64,000 bases of DNA from Trueperaceae bacterium (lineage in GTDB: Bacteria > Deinococcota > Deinococci > Deinococcales > Trueperaceae), in contig CBDCWW010000010.1 of assembly GCA_965223585.1 (NCBI GenBank), forward strand, positions 55,165-119,164, in the 5' to 3' direction. The notes beneath the pieces are model-generated. The model was given only the letters and a program-made list of their open reading frames with translations, was not told the origin of the DNA and did not search any database. The translations under genes were made by a program, and so were the position numbers. Below, piece by piece: positions 43,291-52,886 of the stretch; within the stretch, counting starts at the first letter, position 1, and each line of letters begins with the position of its first letter.

Positions 43291-45237
43291 ATGAAATTTA
43301 CAAAAGCCATGCTTGATAAACCTCGCCCAAATAGCATTAGAAATGTTGTTTTACCTAGGCGTCAAAACTACTTTTCTTCTCCTAGTGATTGGCGTGATGA
43401 AGTACTTTATTTTCTACTAGTAGATCGTTTTAGTGATGGTAAAGAAGCTTCTCGTCCACTGCTTAATAGGCAAAACCCTGCTGCTACCCGCCCTAAATCT
43501 TGGCAATGGAGTAGCTGGGCTCATTCTGGGGCTCATCGTTGGCAGGGCGGTAATCTTGTTGGGGTAAAGTCCAAGCTCAGTTATCTTAAAACCCTTGGAA
43601 TTACTACTATTTGGTTAAGTCCTGTATTTAAGCAGCGTGGGCACTTAGGGACCTACCATGGCTATGGCATTCAAGATTTTTTGGAAGTTGACCCTCGCTT
43701 TGGTACTAGGCAAGATTTGGTTGATCTGGTAAGTGCTGCACATGATGAGGGATTGCGCATTGTCCTTGACATTATCTTTAATCATTCAGGATCTAACTGG
43801 GTCTATGAAAATGGTGGCAGAACCCCTCCTTTTAAACAGTGGCCAGATCACTATGAAAATATTATTTGGCTTGATAGTGAAGGGCAAGAAATAGTTGGAG
43901 TTCAAGGAGGGGACGATGGCGTTTGGCCAGTGGAGTTACAAGATAAAGAACGCTATACCCGGGCTGGAAGTGGTGGACTTGGCTCTGGTAACATAGATGA
44001 TCCCATAGCTGAACATAAACGCAGTGATTTTTTTGACTTGCGAGACTTTAGACTTGATGACGGAACTACTTTAAATAACTTAGCACTATGTTATCAATAC
44101 TGGATAGCTTTAACAGATTGTGATGGTTTTCGTATAGATACACTTAAACATGTATCCCTTGAAGAAGCTCGTAATTTCTGTGGTGCAATTAAAGAGCTTG
44201 CTGTTAATTTAGGCAAACATGACTTTTTCTTGCTTGGTGAGGTAGCTGGTGGAGACTTTGAGCAGGATCGTTACCTCGATGTTCTCCAGAGTAATTTAAA
44301 TGCTGCTCTTGATATAGGAGGTATGCGAATTACCCTAAATAAAGTGGCTAAAGGCCTCAAGCCTCCAACAGCTTACTTTAACGGTTTCAATGCTGGAAAC
44401 GCAATTATGGGTTCACACCGTAACCTTGGGGAACGACATGTGTCAATCCTAGATGACCATGATCATGTTGTTGGTGAAAAAATCCGTTTCTCTAGTGAGG
44501 CAGCTTCCGAGCATCAAATAGTAGCAGGCGTAGCCTTGCAGCTTTTTAGTCTTGGTATTACTTGTATTTACTATGGGACAGAGCAAGCTTTAGCTGGACC
44601 TGAACCTTCTGAAAGAAAGTGGTTACCTGCTTGGAAAGGCAGAGAAGATTTTGCTGATCGTTACTTACGTGAAGCAATGTTTGGTCCTGAACACCCTAAA
44701 CAAGAAGGTACAGACAGTTTGCTGTCAGGAATTGACGGCCAAGATCAAAATCTTCCCGGTTTTGGTCCTTTTGGCACTGCTGGACATCACTGCTTCGACT
44801 CTAAGAATCCTACTTACCTTCGTATTGCAGCTATGACAGAGTTACGCAAACAATACCCAGCTTTGCGCTATGGCCGCCAGTACCTGCGCCAAACTTCTTT
44901 TTTAGGGAAACCCTTTGACTTCCATGGTCCGGGAGAGCTTATGGCTTGGTCACGGATTTTAGCTGACGAGGAATTTGTTTGTGTTCTTAACACTCATGGT
45001 ACTGATAGTCGTGGTGGAGATATTTTAGTTGACGTTAACCTTAATCCGTCTGGAAGCGCTATGGTTGTTATTTTGAATACTATAGAATCTGTGCAAGCTT
45101 CTACCAGTATTCACCCAGTAGGTTCAAAGTCGCTCATTAAGAGAACAAGTGATGGAACAGCATATATAGAGGTTAGAAACCTTGGGCCTTCGGAGGTTTT
45201 GGTTATGTTGGGTGAAGCAAATATAGGGCGAAATTAG
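43291..45237 (+). CDS. GH13 alpha-amylase-family glycoside hydrolase
   Basis: Conserved regions VDRFSDG, LDIIFNH, GFRIDTLKHV, LLGEVAGG, ILDDHD. Confidence 0.85.
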   Translation: MKFTKAMLDKPRPNSIRNVVLPRRQNYFSSPSDWRDEVLYFLLVDRFSDGKEASRPLLNRQNPAATRPKSWQWSSWAHSGAHRWQGGNLVGVKSKLSYLKTLGITTIWLSPVFKQRGHLGTYHGYGIQDFLEVDPRFGTRQDLVDLVSAAHDEGLRIVLDIIFNHSGSNWVYENGGRTPPFKQWPDHYENIIWLDSEGQEIVGVQGGDDGVWPVELQDKERYTRAGSGGLGSGNIDDPIAEHKRSDFFDLRDFRLDDGTTLNNLALCYQYWIALTDCDGFRIDTLKHVSLEEARNFCGAIKELAVNLGKHDFFLLGEVAGGDFEQDRYLDVLQSNLNAALDIGGMRITLNKVAKGLKPPTAYFNGFNAGNAIMGSHRNLGERHVSILDDHDHVVGEKIRFSSEAASEHQIVAGVALQLFSLGITCIYYGTEQALAGPEPSERKWLPAWKGREDFADRYLREAMFGPEHPKQEGTDSLLSGIDGQDQNLPGFGPFGTAGHHCFDSKNPTYLRIAAMTELRKQYPALRYGRQYLRQTSFLGKPFDFHGPGELMAWSRILADEEFVCVLNTHGTDSRGGDILVDVNLNPSGSAMVVILNTIESVQASTSIHPVGSKSLIKRTSDGTAYIEVRNLGPSEVLVMLGEANIGRN

Positions 45238-45525
45238 AGGTTTGCATAACATGACTTAATTATTTTCTTTACCCTTATAAGAATACTTTCCAGTTACACC
45301 GACTTCTTCAATAATAATGCCCTCATCATCAAAAGCTAATGTCCATTTGCCCTTAGTTGAATATCCAATAAGCTCATATTGTGATCATTTTTGCACTAGT
45401 TTTTGCGCTGATCTACATCCGTTTTAAAAACTAGATGCGTGAAGCTCGAGCTTTGCAAAAGTGGTAATGTATAGTTGCTCGAGTTGAGCCAGTAGTGAGC
45501 CTGAACACCTGCTTGAACACTAACC

Positions 45526-45555
45526 TACTGTATCTAAGAATACTGTATCTAAGAA
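45526..45555. repeat. Perfect 15-bp tandem direct repeat (TACTGTATCTAAGAA x2)
   Basis: Read directly from the sequence, ~130 nt upstream of the GC-rich glycosyltransferase gene. Confidence 0.8.
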
Positions 45556-45684
45556 GTAATTCAGGAGAAGTTGTTGCATGAAGATTGTCAGAGAATCAAG
45601 AAAACCCCCGTTATGGGACTTGGCATCACGCACATCCTTCAGAACCAAGGTGCATCATGACAACATTTTCTTATGGGACGGCCT

Positions 45685-46932
45685 ATGAAAATAGCTCTTC
45701 TTACGCTTGGCACGCGGGGTGACACTCAACCTTTTATCGCTTTGGGTAAGGCGCTTAAAGCACGTGGCCACCAAGTTGTGTTGGGCGCACCAGAGAACTT
45801 CCAAACTTGGATCGAAGAACATGGTCTCGCCTATCGCTCAATCGGGGTCGATATGCAGGCTTTCGTTCAGTCCTTGGAAGCACGCAAGGTTATGGCTGGC
45901 AACGTATTCGCCATGGCCCGAATGTGGCGTCGAACCATCGTCCCGTTAACCCGCAAGTCTTTGGAAGCAATTTGGGAGACTGCGCGTGATGCCGATGTCA
46001 TCGTTTATCATCCGAAGACTGCTGGGGCGACCGACGTGAGTGAAGCGACCGGGGCCTCTCTCTTCCAAGCCGCCCCCTTCCCCATCTTCCCAACCAAGGC
46101 CTTCCCGCTGTTTGTGTTTCCCGGCACCTACAGCCCATGGCTCAATCGACTCACCTACGAGGTTCTCATCTTCTCACGGTTGCTCTTCTTGCCCACCGTA
46201 AACGACTGGCGCAACAACATGTTGGGGCTTAAGAAAGTATCGCTGTTCAGTCAGGCACGCACTGCCAAACAGCAAAGCTCAGGGCAATTATGTGCCGTCT
46301 CACCAACCGTTGTGCCTAGCTATCCCGCCACCGACTCAGAAAATATTCAGACGACCGGCTATTGGTTTCTCGATGAGGGTCACGATTGGCAACCTGATGC
46401 CACACTAACGCAGTTCCTCAAAGACGGCGATCCGCCGGTCTACATTGGGTTCGGCTCCATGACAGTGAAGGATCCCATCAGGCTCGCGGAGACCATAGTT
46501 GAAGGTGTGCGCCACGCCGGAGTGCGCGCCATCCTAGCGACTGGGTGGGGTGCGATGGGAAAGATCAATGTTCCTGAGACAATGCACGTCATTGGAGGAG
46601 CTCCCCATAACGCACTCTTCAAGCATGTCTCGGCCGTCGTTCATCATGGTGGAGCGGGTACGACCGCTGCTGGTCTTCGGGCCGGGTTACCGGCGTTGAT
46701 ATGTCCGCTAACGGTTGATCAGCCGTTCTGGGGCCGCCGGGTCCATGCGCTGGGATGCGGGCCCAAACCACAACCGTTGAAGCGTCTGCGGTCAGGCCAG
46801 TTTGCGGAAGGACTGGTGGACTTGATCGAGACGAAGCGATATCGCACCTGCGCTGAGGAGGTAGCTAGGGCTATCACAAAAGAAGAGGGGACCTCTCGAG
46901 CGGTCGAGATAATAGAGGCAGTGAGAAAATGA
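45685..46932 (+). CDS. GT1-family glycosyltransferase (MGT / sterol-macrolide glucosyltransferase-like)
   Basis: MKIALLTLGTRGDTQPFIALGKAL N-terminus and HHGGAGTTAAGLRAGLP nucleotide-sugar motif. Visibly GC-rich relative to its flanks. An alternative ATG lies at 45673. Confidence 0.8.
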   Translation: MKIALLTLGTRGDTQPFIALGKALKARGHQVVLGAPENFQTWIEEHGLAYRSIGVDMQAFVQSLEARKVMAGNVFAMARMWRRTIVPLTRKSLEAIWETARDADVIVYHPKTAGATDVSEATGASLFQAAPFPIFPTKAFPLFVFPGTYSPWLNRLTYEVLIFSRLLFLPTVNDWRNNMLGLKKVSLFSQARTAKQQSSGQLCAVSPTVVPSYPATDSENIQTTGYWFLDEGHDWQPDATLTQFLKDGDPPVYIGFGSMTVKDPIRLAETIVEGVRHAGVRAILATGWGAMGKINVPETMHVIGGAPHNALFKHVSAVVHHGGAGTTAAGLRAGLPALICPLTVDQPFWGRRVHALGCGPKPQPLKRLRSGQFAEGLVDLIETKRYRTCAEEVARAITKEEGTSRAVEIIEAVRK

Positions 46933-47068
46933 CTTGAGTGAGCCTACTTCTCCCCTGCCACATGCTCACATGTGGGGAGTTGCATGGCCTCACTTAATAT
47001 CTTCTAAGCTCCATGTAATAAACAAAGTGTTTGCATCATCGCATTTGAGCAGCTCTTTGTTTAATTAT

Positions 47069-47194
47069 TATGTCAGAAAAAATCCTACATCATTTGTCAG
47101 AGTTTTACTGATTTTCCAGCAAAAAATGATCACCTAGAATAGGATAGCTCTAGGTAGCTTTTAAGCACACTATTCTTTGGAAAGGTGTTTGATA
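47069..47194 (+). promoter_or_regulatory. Dispersed upstream cassette, copy 4
   Basis: TATGTCAGAAAAAATCCTACATCATTTGTCAGAGTTTTACTGATT..CCTAGAATAGGATAGCTCTAGGTAGC TTTTAAGCACACTATTCTTTGGAAAGG, then the ATG at 47195. Confidence 0.7.
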
Positions 47195-47572
47195 ATGTTA
47201 AAACAAATTTTACTTTATGTCGGTGCTGCTCTACCCATTATTTGGGGAATTGCACATCTTTTCCCAACCAGATCAGTTGTGCAAGGATTTGGTAAGATTT
47301 CAGTAGATAATCGCCGGATTATCACTATGGAATGGATTGTCGAAGGTGTTGCTTTGATCTTTATCGGGGTATTGGTGGCTGCTGTAACCATAGTGGCTGA
47401 GCATCAGGTTACTTCACTTATTGTGTACTTGCTAAGTGCTATAACTTTGCTCATTTTGGCCTTAGTATCGCTCTTTACGGGTTTCAAGATTAACTTTTTC
47501 CCATTCAAGCTGTGTCCTGTGCTTTTCACAACTTCTGCTATTCTAATCACCATAGGGGCTTTAGGCTTTTAA
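47195..47572 (+). CDS. Hypothetical 4-TM membrane protein
   Basis: The ATG at 47195 follows GAAAGG. The ORF-track TTG start lies in the cassette. Confidence 0.5.
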   Translation: MLKQILLYVGAALPIIWGIAHLFPTRSVVQGFGKISVDNRRIITMEWIVEGVALIFIGVLVAAVTIVAEHQVTSLIVYLLSAITLLILALVSLFTGFKINFFPFKLCPVLFTTSAILITIGALGF

Positions 47573-47586
47573 AGTAAGGGCTTGAA

Positions 47587-48399
47587 ATGTCAAGTATGCG
47601 AAAAGTAGTGTTGTTTGTCTTGCTTGCCTATGGTTGGTCATGGTTCTTTTGGATACCATCTGCACTAATGGCTAAAGGACTCTTGGTGCCTACTTCACTC
47701 GAGAGCTTCTTCAACTTCGCCTTTAAATTAGGGGGATGGGGTCCTTTACTGGCTGCTTTTCTTGTGACATATTTGGATTTGAAAAAGGAAGGCGTAATTG
47801 ATCTGCTAAGGCGGGGAGTGAAGTACCGATTTGGATTGATATGGTATCTAGTAGCCCTATTTCTTTTTCCCATCCTTATAGGTGGCTCATTGTTTTTAGC
47901 TGCCCTCACTGGGGAACCTCTGCCTGAGTTGGAAGTGCTTGCTGAGCCAATCACAATTCCCATTTCTTTCCTAGTTGTCTTTTTCATGACGGGCCCATTG
48001 CAGGAAGAGTTTGGTTGGCGTGGATTTGTCCAAGAACGTCTTCAGAGTCGGTGGAATGCCCTCACCACGAGTATAGTTGTTGGTACAATGTGGGGCCTTT
48101 GGCATTTGCCTCTCTTTTTTGTTCCAGAGATGGGGTTCTACTATGAGCGACCGATCTTAGGTTTGATACTGTCAACAATACTTGTGTCAATCCCCATAGC
48201 ATGGATTTACAATAATACTGGTCGAAGTGTTCTGGCTGCTATGTTAATGCATGCTTCATTCAATTGGTCACACTTCCTATTTCCAACTCTTAATTCAGAT
48301 CGAGCAAGTTTGATTTTGTTTTTGCTCGAGGCATTCATAGCAGTGATTATTGTTTTGATTTGGGGTTCTAAGACATTGACTAGGGGACCTCAAAAATAG
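47587..48399 (+). CDS. CPBP family intramembrane metalloprotease
   Basis: QEEFGWRGF, WGLWHLP, MHASFNW motifs. Confidence 0.8.
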   Translation: MSSMRKVVLFVLLAYGWSWFFWIPSALMAKGLLVPTSLESFFNFAFKLGGWGPLLAAFLVTYLDLKKEGVIDLLRRGVKYRFGLIWYLVALFLFPILIGGSLFLAALTGEPLPELEVLAEPITIPISFLVVFFMTGPLQEEFGWRGFVQERLQSRWNALTTSIVVGTMWGLWHLPLFFVPEMGFYYERPILGLILSTILVSIPIAWIYNNTGRSVLAAMLMHASFNWSHFLFPTLNSDRASLILFLLEAFIAVIIVLIWGSKTLTRGPQK

Positions 48400-48402
48400 C
48401 AG

Positions 48403-48533
48403 TATGTCAGAAAAAGTCCTACATAATATGTCAGATTATTACTGACTAGTTGGAAAAAAGTAATCGCTTAGAATAAATAGGATAGCCCTAGGTTTTATCT
48501 TAGTTGCCCACACTCAAATGAAAGGAGTGCTCT
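48403..48533 (+). promoter_or_regulatory. Dispersed upstream cassette, copy 5
   Basis: TATGTCAGAAAAAGTCCTACATAATATGTCAGATTATTACTGACTAGTTGGAAAAAAGTAATCGCTTAGAATAAATAGGATAGCCCTAGG...AAAGGAG, then the ATG at 48534. Confidence 0.7.
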
Positions 48534-48701
48534 ATGAAATCAGAAAATAGCTCAAGACCCATTCGGGTTGACAATCAAACAGGTGGTATTCTTTGGTGCA
48601 TTGGTTGGTTATTCACAATTGCATTTGCAAAGCTTGTTTGGTGGCAAGCTCTCTTGGCAATTGTGATTTGGCCATATTATCTTGGGGTGGCTGTCAGGTA
48701 G
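48534..48701 (+). CDS. Small (55 aa) two-TM membrane peptide; paralog of 58341..58520
   Basis: Hand translation gives MKSENSSRPIRVDNQTGGILWCIGWLFTIAFAKLVWWQALLAIVIWPYYLGVAVR. AAAGGAG SD present. It is below the ORF-track size cutoff. Confidence 0.6.
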   Translation: MKSENSSRPIRVDNQTGGILWCIGWLFTIAFAKLVWWQALLAIVIWPYYLGVAVR

Positions 48702-48736
48702 TAAGCAAATTAGACCTTGATCCATAGCCCCATAAC

Positions 48737-49576
48737 ATGATTAGGAAATACCCCTTAACTTCCTACTTTATTTTTGCGACACTGTTCACCTCTGTTCTCC
48801 TTTTACCACTAATCCTTTTTAGTCAAGGTCTGAGCACTTGGGCAGTGTCACAAGATTGGCATTGGGTGGGTGCGCTAGGGCCTATTATGGCGGCTTGCAT
48901 TGTCGTAGCTTCACTCTACGGAAGCTCTGGCCTAACTAATTACTTAACAAGCCTATTTGACACAAGATTCTCACTTTTACTCTTTTTCGTAGCCATTCTT
49001 CCTCTACTACTCTTTCTGATTGTTCAACCCCTCTTGCTGCTTCTAGAAAGGGAACAAGTCAATATCTTAGGAGAGCTTTCTTTTGGCTGGTGGTTAAGTA
49101 CTTTAATTTCATCTCTAGCTTATGGCATAGGAGAAGAGGCAGGTTGGCGGGGGTTTGCTTTGCCACGATTGCAAGCACGTTTCACAGCCTTAACAGCTGT
49201 CATCATATTGACCGTGTTTCACGCCCTGTGGCATCTGCCTTTTTTCTTTTATCGACTCGAGTTTGGCCTAGTAGGTACTGTGGGCTTCTTTATCGGTATG
49301 CTGGCAGGAGCCATTTGTATTTCTTTTTTGTACAATCAGTCAGGCGGCAAGACTTTGTTACCCATTCTTTGGCACACAACTTGGAATGTAGTAAGCTTGC
49401 TCACTTTTGCCACCATTCCCGAGACAGCTTACATTATCAGTACGTTGTTTATAGTTATAGCAGTGGTCATCATCGTTGTCTTCAAACCAAAAAACTTAGC
49501 AAGGAAAGAATTGTATGCTATTAGGGATAGCCATTCTTTGACAGCACCAAAAACTTTAATTGGAACGAAAGGATAA
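48737..49576 (+). CDS. CPBP family intramembrane metalloprotease
   Basis: GEEAGWRGFALP, FHALWHLPFF, WHTTWN. Confidence 0.8.
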   Translation: MIRKYPLTSYFIFATLFTSVLLLPLILFSQGLSTWAVSQDWHWVGALGPIMAACIVVASLYGSSGLTNYLTSLFDTRFSLLLFFVAILPLLLFLIVQPLLLLLEREQVNILGELSFGWWLSTLISSLAYGIGEEAGWRGFALPRLQARFTALTAVIILTVFHALWHLPFFFYRLEFGLVGTVGFFIGMLAGAICISFLYNQSGGKTLLPILWHTTWNVVSLLTFATIPETAYIISTLFIVIAVVIIVVFKPKNLARKELYAIRDSHSLTAPKTLIGTKG

Positions 49577-49585
49577 AAAAGTCAT

Positions 49586-50449
49586 ATGTTAAGCCTCATA
49601 AGGGAATACCCGCTCACAGCTTTTTTTGCCTTTGCAATCGCTATTTCGTGGTTACTCTGGCTGCCTAGAGTGGCAGGGCAGTATGGCTGGATTGGGCCAG
49701 TTTCTCCTTACTGGCACTTTGTTGGCAGCCTTGGCCCCATGTTAGGAGCGCTTATTGTGGCTGGCGTGGTTTATGGGCGAGGAGGGCTCGAGCGCCTCTG
49801 GCAAGGTATGGTAAAGTGGCGGGTCAGCCTTGGCTGGTGGGGAATTGCAGTATTAGGACCTGTTGTGGTCATGCTGCTTGCCATTGTAATTATACGTTTG
49901 ATGGGGAACCCTTGGCCTGAATGGAGGTTGTTAGGCAAAGTTGCTGAGTTTCCGCAGCTAGGCTTTATCGCCCTTTTGATTGCCGAAACTATTTTCTACG
50001 GCTACGGTGAAGAGGTTGGCTGGCGTGGCTTTGCACTGCCTTATTTGCAAAAGAGCTACAGTGCCTTGTGGTCATCGGTGCTGCTAAGCATAGTCTGGTT
50101 CCTGTGGCACACTCCTCTGTTCCTAGTCAATGAAAGCTACCGCCAGATGAATCTGCTTATGCTTCTAGGGTTCTACTTCAGCATTTTGACAGGTGCTATA
50201 CTAATGACTTGGCTTTACAATGGTACAAAAGGCAGTTTGCTGCTATTGGCATTGTTCCACGCTCTTTTAGACATCACCATGATCAACGAAGCTTTGAATC
50301 TTCAGGCGGTTAACCTCATGGGCATGCTGATTACTTTCTGGGGTCTGGCAGCGATCTGGCTGATTATAAAACAAGTAAAAGTCATTTGGGATATTAAGCC
50401 AACACACATCGAATCAAAGCGAGGATCTGATCTGCGCGCTCACGGCTAA
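49586..50449 (+). CDS. CPBP family intramembrane metalloprotease
   Basis: GEEVGWRGFALPYL, WFLWHTPLF, FHALLD. Confidence 0.8.
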   Translation: MLSLIREYPLTAFFAFAIAISWLLWLPRVAGQYGWIGPVSPYWHFVGSLGPMLGALIVAGVVYGRGGLERLWQGMVKWRVSLGWWGIAVLGPVVVMLLAIVIIRLMGNPWPEWRLLGKVAEFPQLGFIALLIAETIFYGYGEEVGWRGFALPYLQKSYSALWSSVLLSIVWFLWHTPLFLVNESYRQMNLLMLLGFYFSILTGAILMTWLYNGTKGSLLLLALFHALLDITMINEALNLQAVNLMGMLITFWGLAAIWLIIKQVKVIWDIKPTHIESKRGSDLRAHG

Positions 50450-50492
50450 CAATATTTGATCCATCATTAGGGCAGAAAATAAGGAGTATAGT

Positions 50493-50699
50493 ATGAGAAA
50501 GCTTGCTAAGCGCTATCCACTCAGAAGCTACTTTGCTTTGGCCTTTACCATTTCTTGGGTCAGCAGCCTAATGGCGTGGGGTGCAAATTTCTTCCGAGGA
50601 GAATCATTCGAACTAAACGATCTTTTTCTCGTCGGCATGCTTATGCTAGCCGGACCCAGACGGTACAGCTTTGGTGCGACATTCTATAAAAAAAGTTAA
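50493..50699 (+). pseudogene. Truncated CPBP protease fragment (5' ~165 nt only)
   Basis: The first ~55 codons closely match the 5' end of 8304..9125 (RSYFALAFTISW..., RGES..ND.., AGP). The match then breaks off and a stop follows. Confidence 0.65.
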
Positions 50700-50715
50700 G
50701 GCAGTCTAAAAAATA

Positions 50716-51549
50716 ATGAAGAGTATAAGACACTCTCAACACTTCTTAACTCAAGATCTTCTTACGATCTCGCAGGGCACCAAAAGGTTTGAGGCTCTGG
50801 CAGTTATTGTAATGGTGTTAATGTTTACTGCTTTCCCACTGCTTCCCTACAGCAGCGTGATTGGCATAGGTATTTGCATTGTGCTTGTGACTGTAGTTAG
50901 TTGGTTCAAGCGTTGGTCAATAGGTGTATCTGTTGGCATGTTTTGCATGGTATGCATTGCGCTTGTCTTGTTGAAGGTGCCCTTTTCCCAACTCTGGCTG
51001 AGCCTTGCCCTTAGCATACAAGTGTTGGTAATAAGAGTTGTGCCTTGGTTGCGTGGAAATGATGCTTGGTTGCGTGTTGGCTCACTGGGAAAAGACATGT
51101 GGTTACTGACAGCAATTTCAGGACTCATGGCTGCCATTGCACTAATAGCTTGGTTTTTACTCCTGCAGCCTAATATCGATGACCTTATAGAGAGCCTCCT
51201 ACCTGACCTAAACCTCGGCTTACTAATTGTGGCTGCTTTACTGTTTTCTATAGTTAATGCAGCAGTGGAGGAAGGTGCATATCGTGGCGTGATTATGGAT
51301 GCCTTAGACAGGTCACTTGGAGCAGGCATTGCAGCGCTTATAATCCAAGCTGTGGCTTTTGGAACATTCCACATTAGAGGTTTTCCACGAGGCTGGTTAG
51401 GCGTTGGCCTTGCTTGTATTTATGGTTTGATGATGGGCATTATACGCAGGCGCACTGAAGGCATGCTGGCACCGTGGATCGCGCATGTTTTTATTGATGT
51501 AGTGATTATGGGCATCGTTATACTCAGTCTAGGCAGCGGCTTGCTTTAA
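50716..51549 (+). CDS. CPBP family intramembrane metalloprotease (divergent)
   Basis: VEEGAYRGV, FGTFH, WIAHVFID motifs, with an extra N-terminal TM region. Confidence 0.7.
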   Translation: MKSIRHSQHFLTQDLLTISQGTKRFEALAVIVMVLMFTAFPLLPYSSVIGIGICIVLVTVVSWFKRWSIGVSVGMFCMVCIALVLLKVPFSQLWLSLALSIQVLVIRVVPWLRGNDAWLRVGSLGKDMWLLTAISGLMAAIALIAWFLLLQPNIDDLIESLLPDLNLGLLIVAALLFSIVNAAVEEGAYRGVIMDALDRSLGAGIAALIIQAVAFGTFHIRGFPRGWLGVGLACIYGLMMGIIRRRTEGMLAPWIAHVFIDVVIMGIVILSLGSGLL

Positions 51550-51588
51550 CTGTGCCTTTACCACCTTCTGACTAGCTTGGAGGATTCT

Positions 51589-52617
51589 ATGACCTACAAA
51601 CGTGTTTTAGTACCTCGTTTTGGTGGTGCTGACATTCTAACCATTGTTGAGGAAGAAGTAACCAAACCTCGAGCAACTGAGGTGCGCATCAAGGTACTGG
51701 CAGCAGGCATTTCATTTGCAGATGTGCTGGTTCGGGAAGGGCTTCATCCCGTGAGGCCACGACCACCTTTTACACCGGGTTGGGATGTCGTGGGTGTGGT
51801 GGACGAACTTGGTGCTGGCGTTAGTGGTCTGACACTCGGACAGATGATCGCTGCCTTGCCAGTCATCGGTGGCTATGCGGAAACGATTTGCTTACCTGCT
51901 GCTGAACTAATACCTGTTCCTGAAGGCGTTGATCCTTGCGAGGCAGTCTGTCTAGTGCTCAATTATATGACGGCCTACCAAATGCTGCACCGCAGTGCAC
52001 ATGTTAAATTCGGCGAAAGTATCTTGATTCATGGTGCGGCAGGTGGGGTAGGCACTGCACTTCTTCAACTGGGACAGCTTGCGGGTTTAAAAATGTATGG
52101 TACTGCCTCGAGTCAAAAGCACGAACTCATCAAGCGCTACGGGGCAACGCCAATTGATTACCGAAAAGAGGATTTTGTCGAGCGTATCCACACTTTGACA
52201 GAAAAGGGCGTGGATGCCGTGTTTGATGGTATTGGTGGCGCACAGTTGCGTCGCTCTTACCAAGCTCTTAGGCGTAATGGTCGCTTAATCGTGTTTGGTC
52301 ATGCTGCTAACCTTGTTTATAAAGCACGCAATCCACTTATAACTCTGTCCACATTGTTAAATACAGCAGCAATCTTCTTGTGGAGCCTTAATATAGAGCA
52401 AAAGCGTGTCAAGCTCTACAGCATTCAAACTCTCAAAAAACAGCATCCTGAGTGGTTTAGAGAAGATCTAAGCAAGTTGCTGAAGCTGCTGGCAGCGGGT
52501 GAAATCAAGCCTATTATTGCTGAATGCTTGTCACTTGATGAGGTAGCTCGAGCTCATAAGATGCTCGAGTCAGCATCAGTGAAAGGCAAACTGGTTCTTC
52601 AATACGGTCTATTTTAA
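51589..52617 (+). CDS. MDR-superfamily quinone oxidoreductase / zinc-type alcohol dehydrogenase-like
   Basis: The ATG at 51589 follows GGAGG. NAD(P) fold HGAAGGVGTALLQL and a GroES-like N-terminal domain. Confidence 0.8.
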   Translation: MTYKRVLVPRFGGADILTIVEEEVTKPRATEVRIKVLAAGISFADVLVREGLHPVRPRPPFTPGWDVVGVVDELGAGVSGLTLGQMIAALPVIGGYAETICLPAAELIPVPEGVDPCEAVCLVLNYMTAYQMLHRSAHVKFGESILIHGAAGGVGTALLQLGQLAGLKMYGTASSQKHELIKRYGATPIDYRKEDFVERIHTLTEKGVDAVFDGIGGAQLRRSYQALRRNGRLIVFGHAANLVYKARNPLITLSTLLNTAAIFLWSLNIEQKRVKLYSIQTLKKQHPEWFREDLSKLLKLLAAGEIKPIIAECLSLDEVARAHKMLESASVKGKLVLQYGLF

Positions 52618-52686
52618 CATTTCAGGCAAGGTGTATTATCAGATTGTGCTTTTGCCTTTGTGATTAACAACGTTGGAAGCATTGAA
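52602..52686. repeat. ~85-bp dispersed repeat R2, copy 2 (covers the last 5 codons and 3' flank of the oxidoreductase)
   Basis: See 28123-28207. Confidence 0.7.
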
Positions 52687-52886
52687 AACAAAGTATCCGC
52701 ATTAATGATTGAGTATTGATTTTTCAGTACTATTGCTTAGACAATTAGTTGAATGTCTGCTTAATAAGTCATAACAATTCTAATAAAGTACAGTTTTATG
52801 GACTAGCACTAGCTTAATCATCAATAAAAACGATAAAAAATATCCAAACATAAATCTATCTAGGCCTAATGTGAGAGGTCTATTAT

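Noticed and set aside
45260-45385. Minus-strand coding remnant (..YELIGYSTKGKWTLAFDDEGIIIEEVGVTGKYSYKGKENN)
   Set aside because: It has no start codon, is about 40 codons long, and an in-frame stop lies immediately upstream. It may be a gene fragment but is too short to name.
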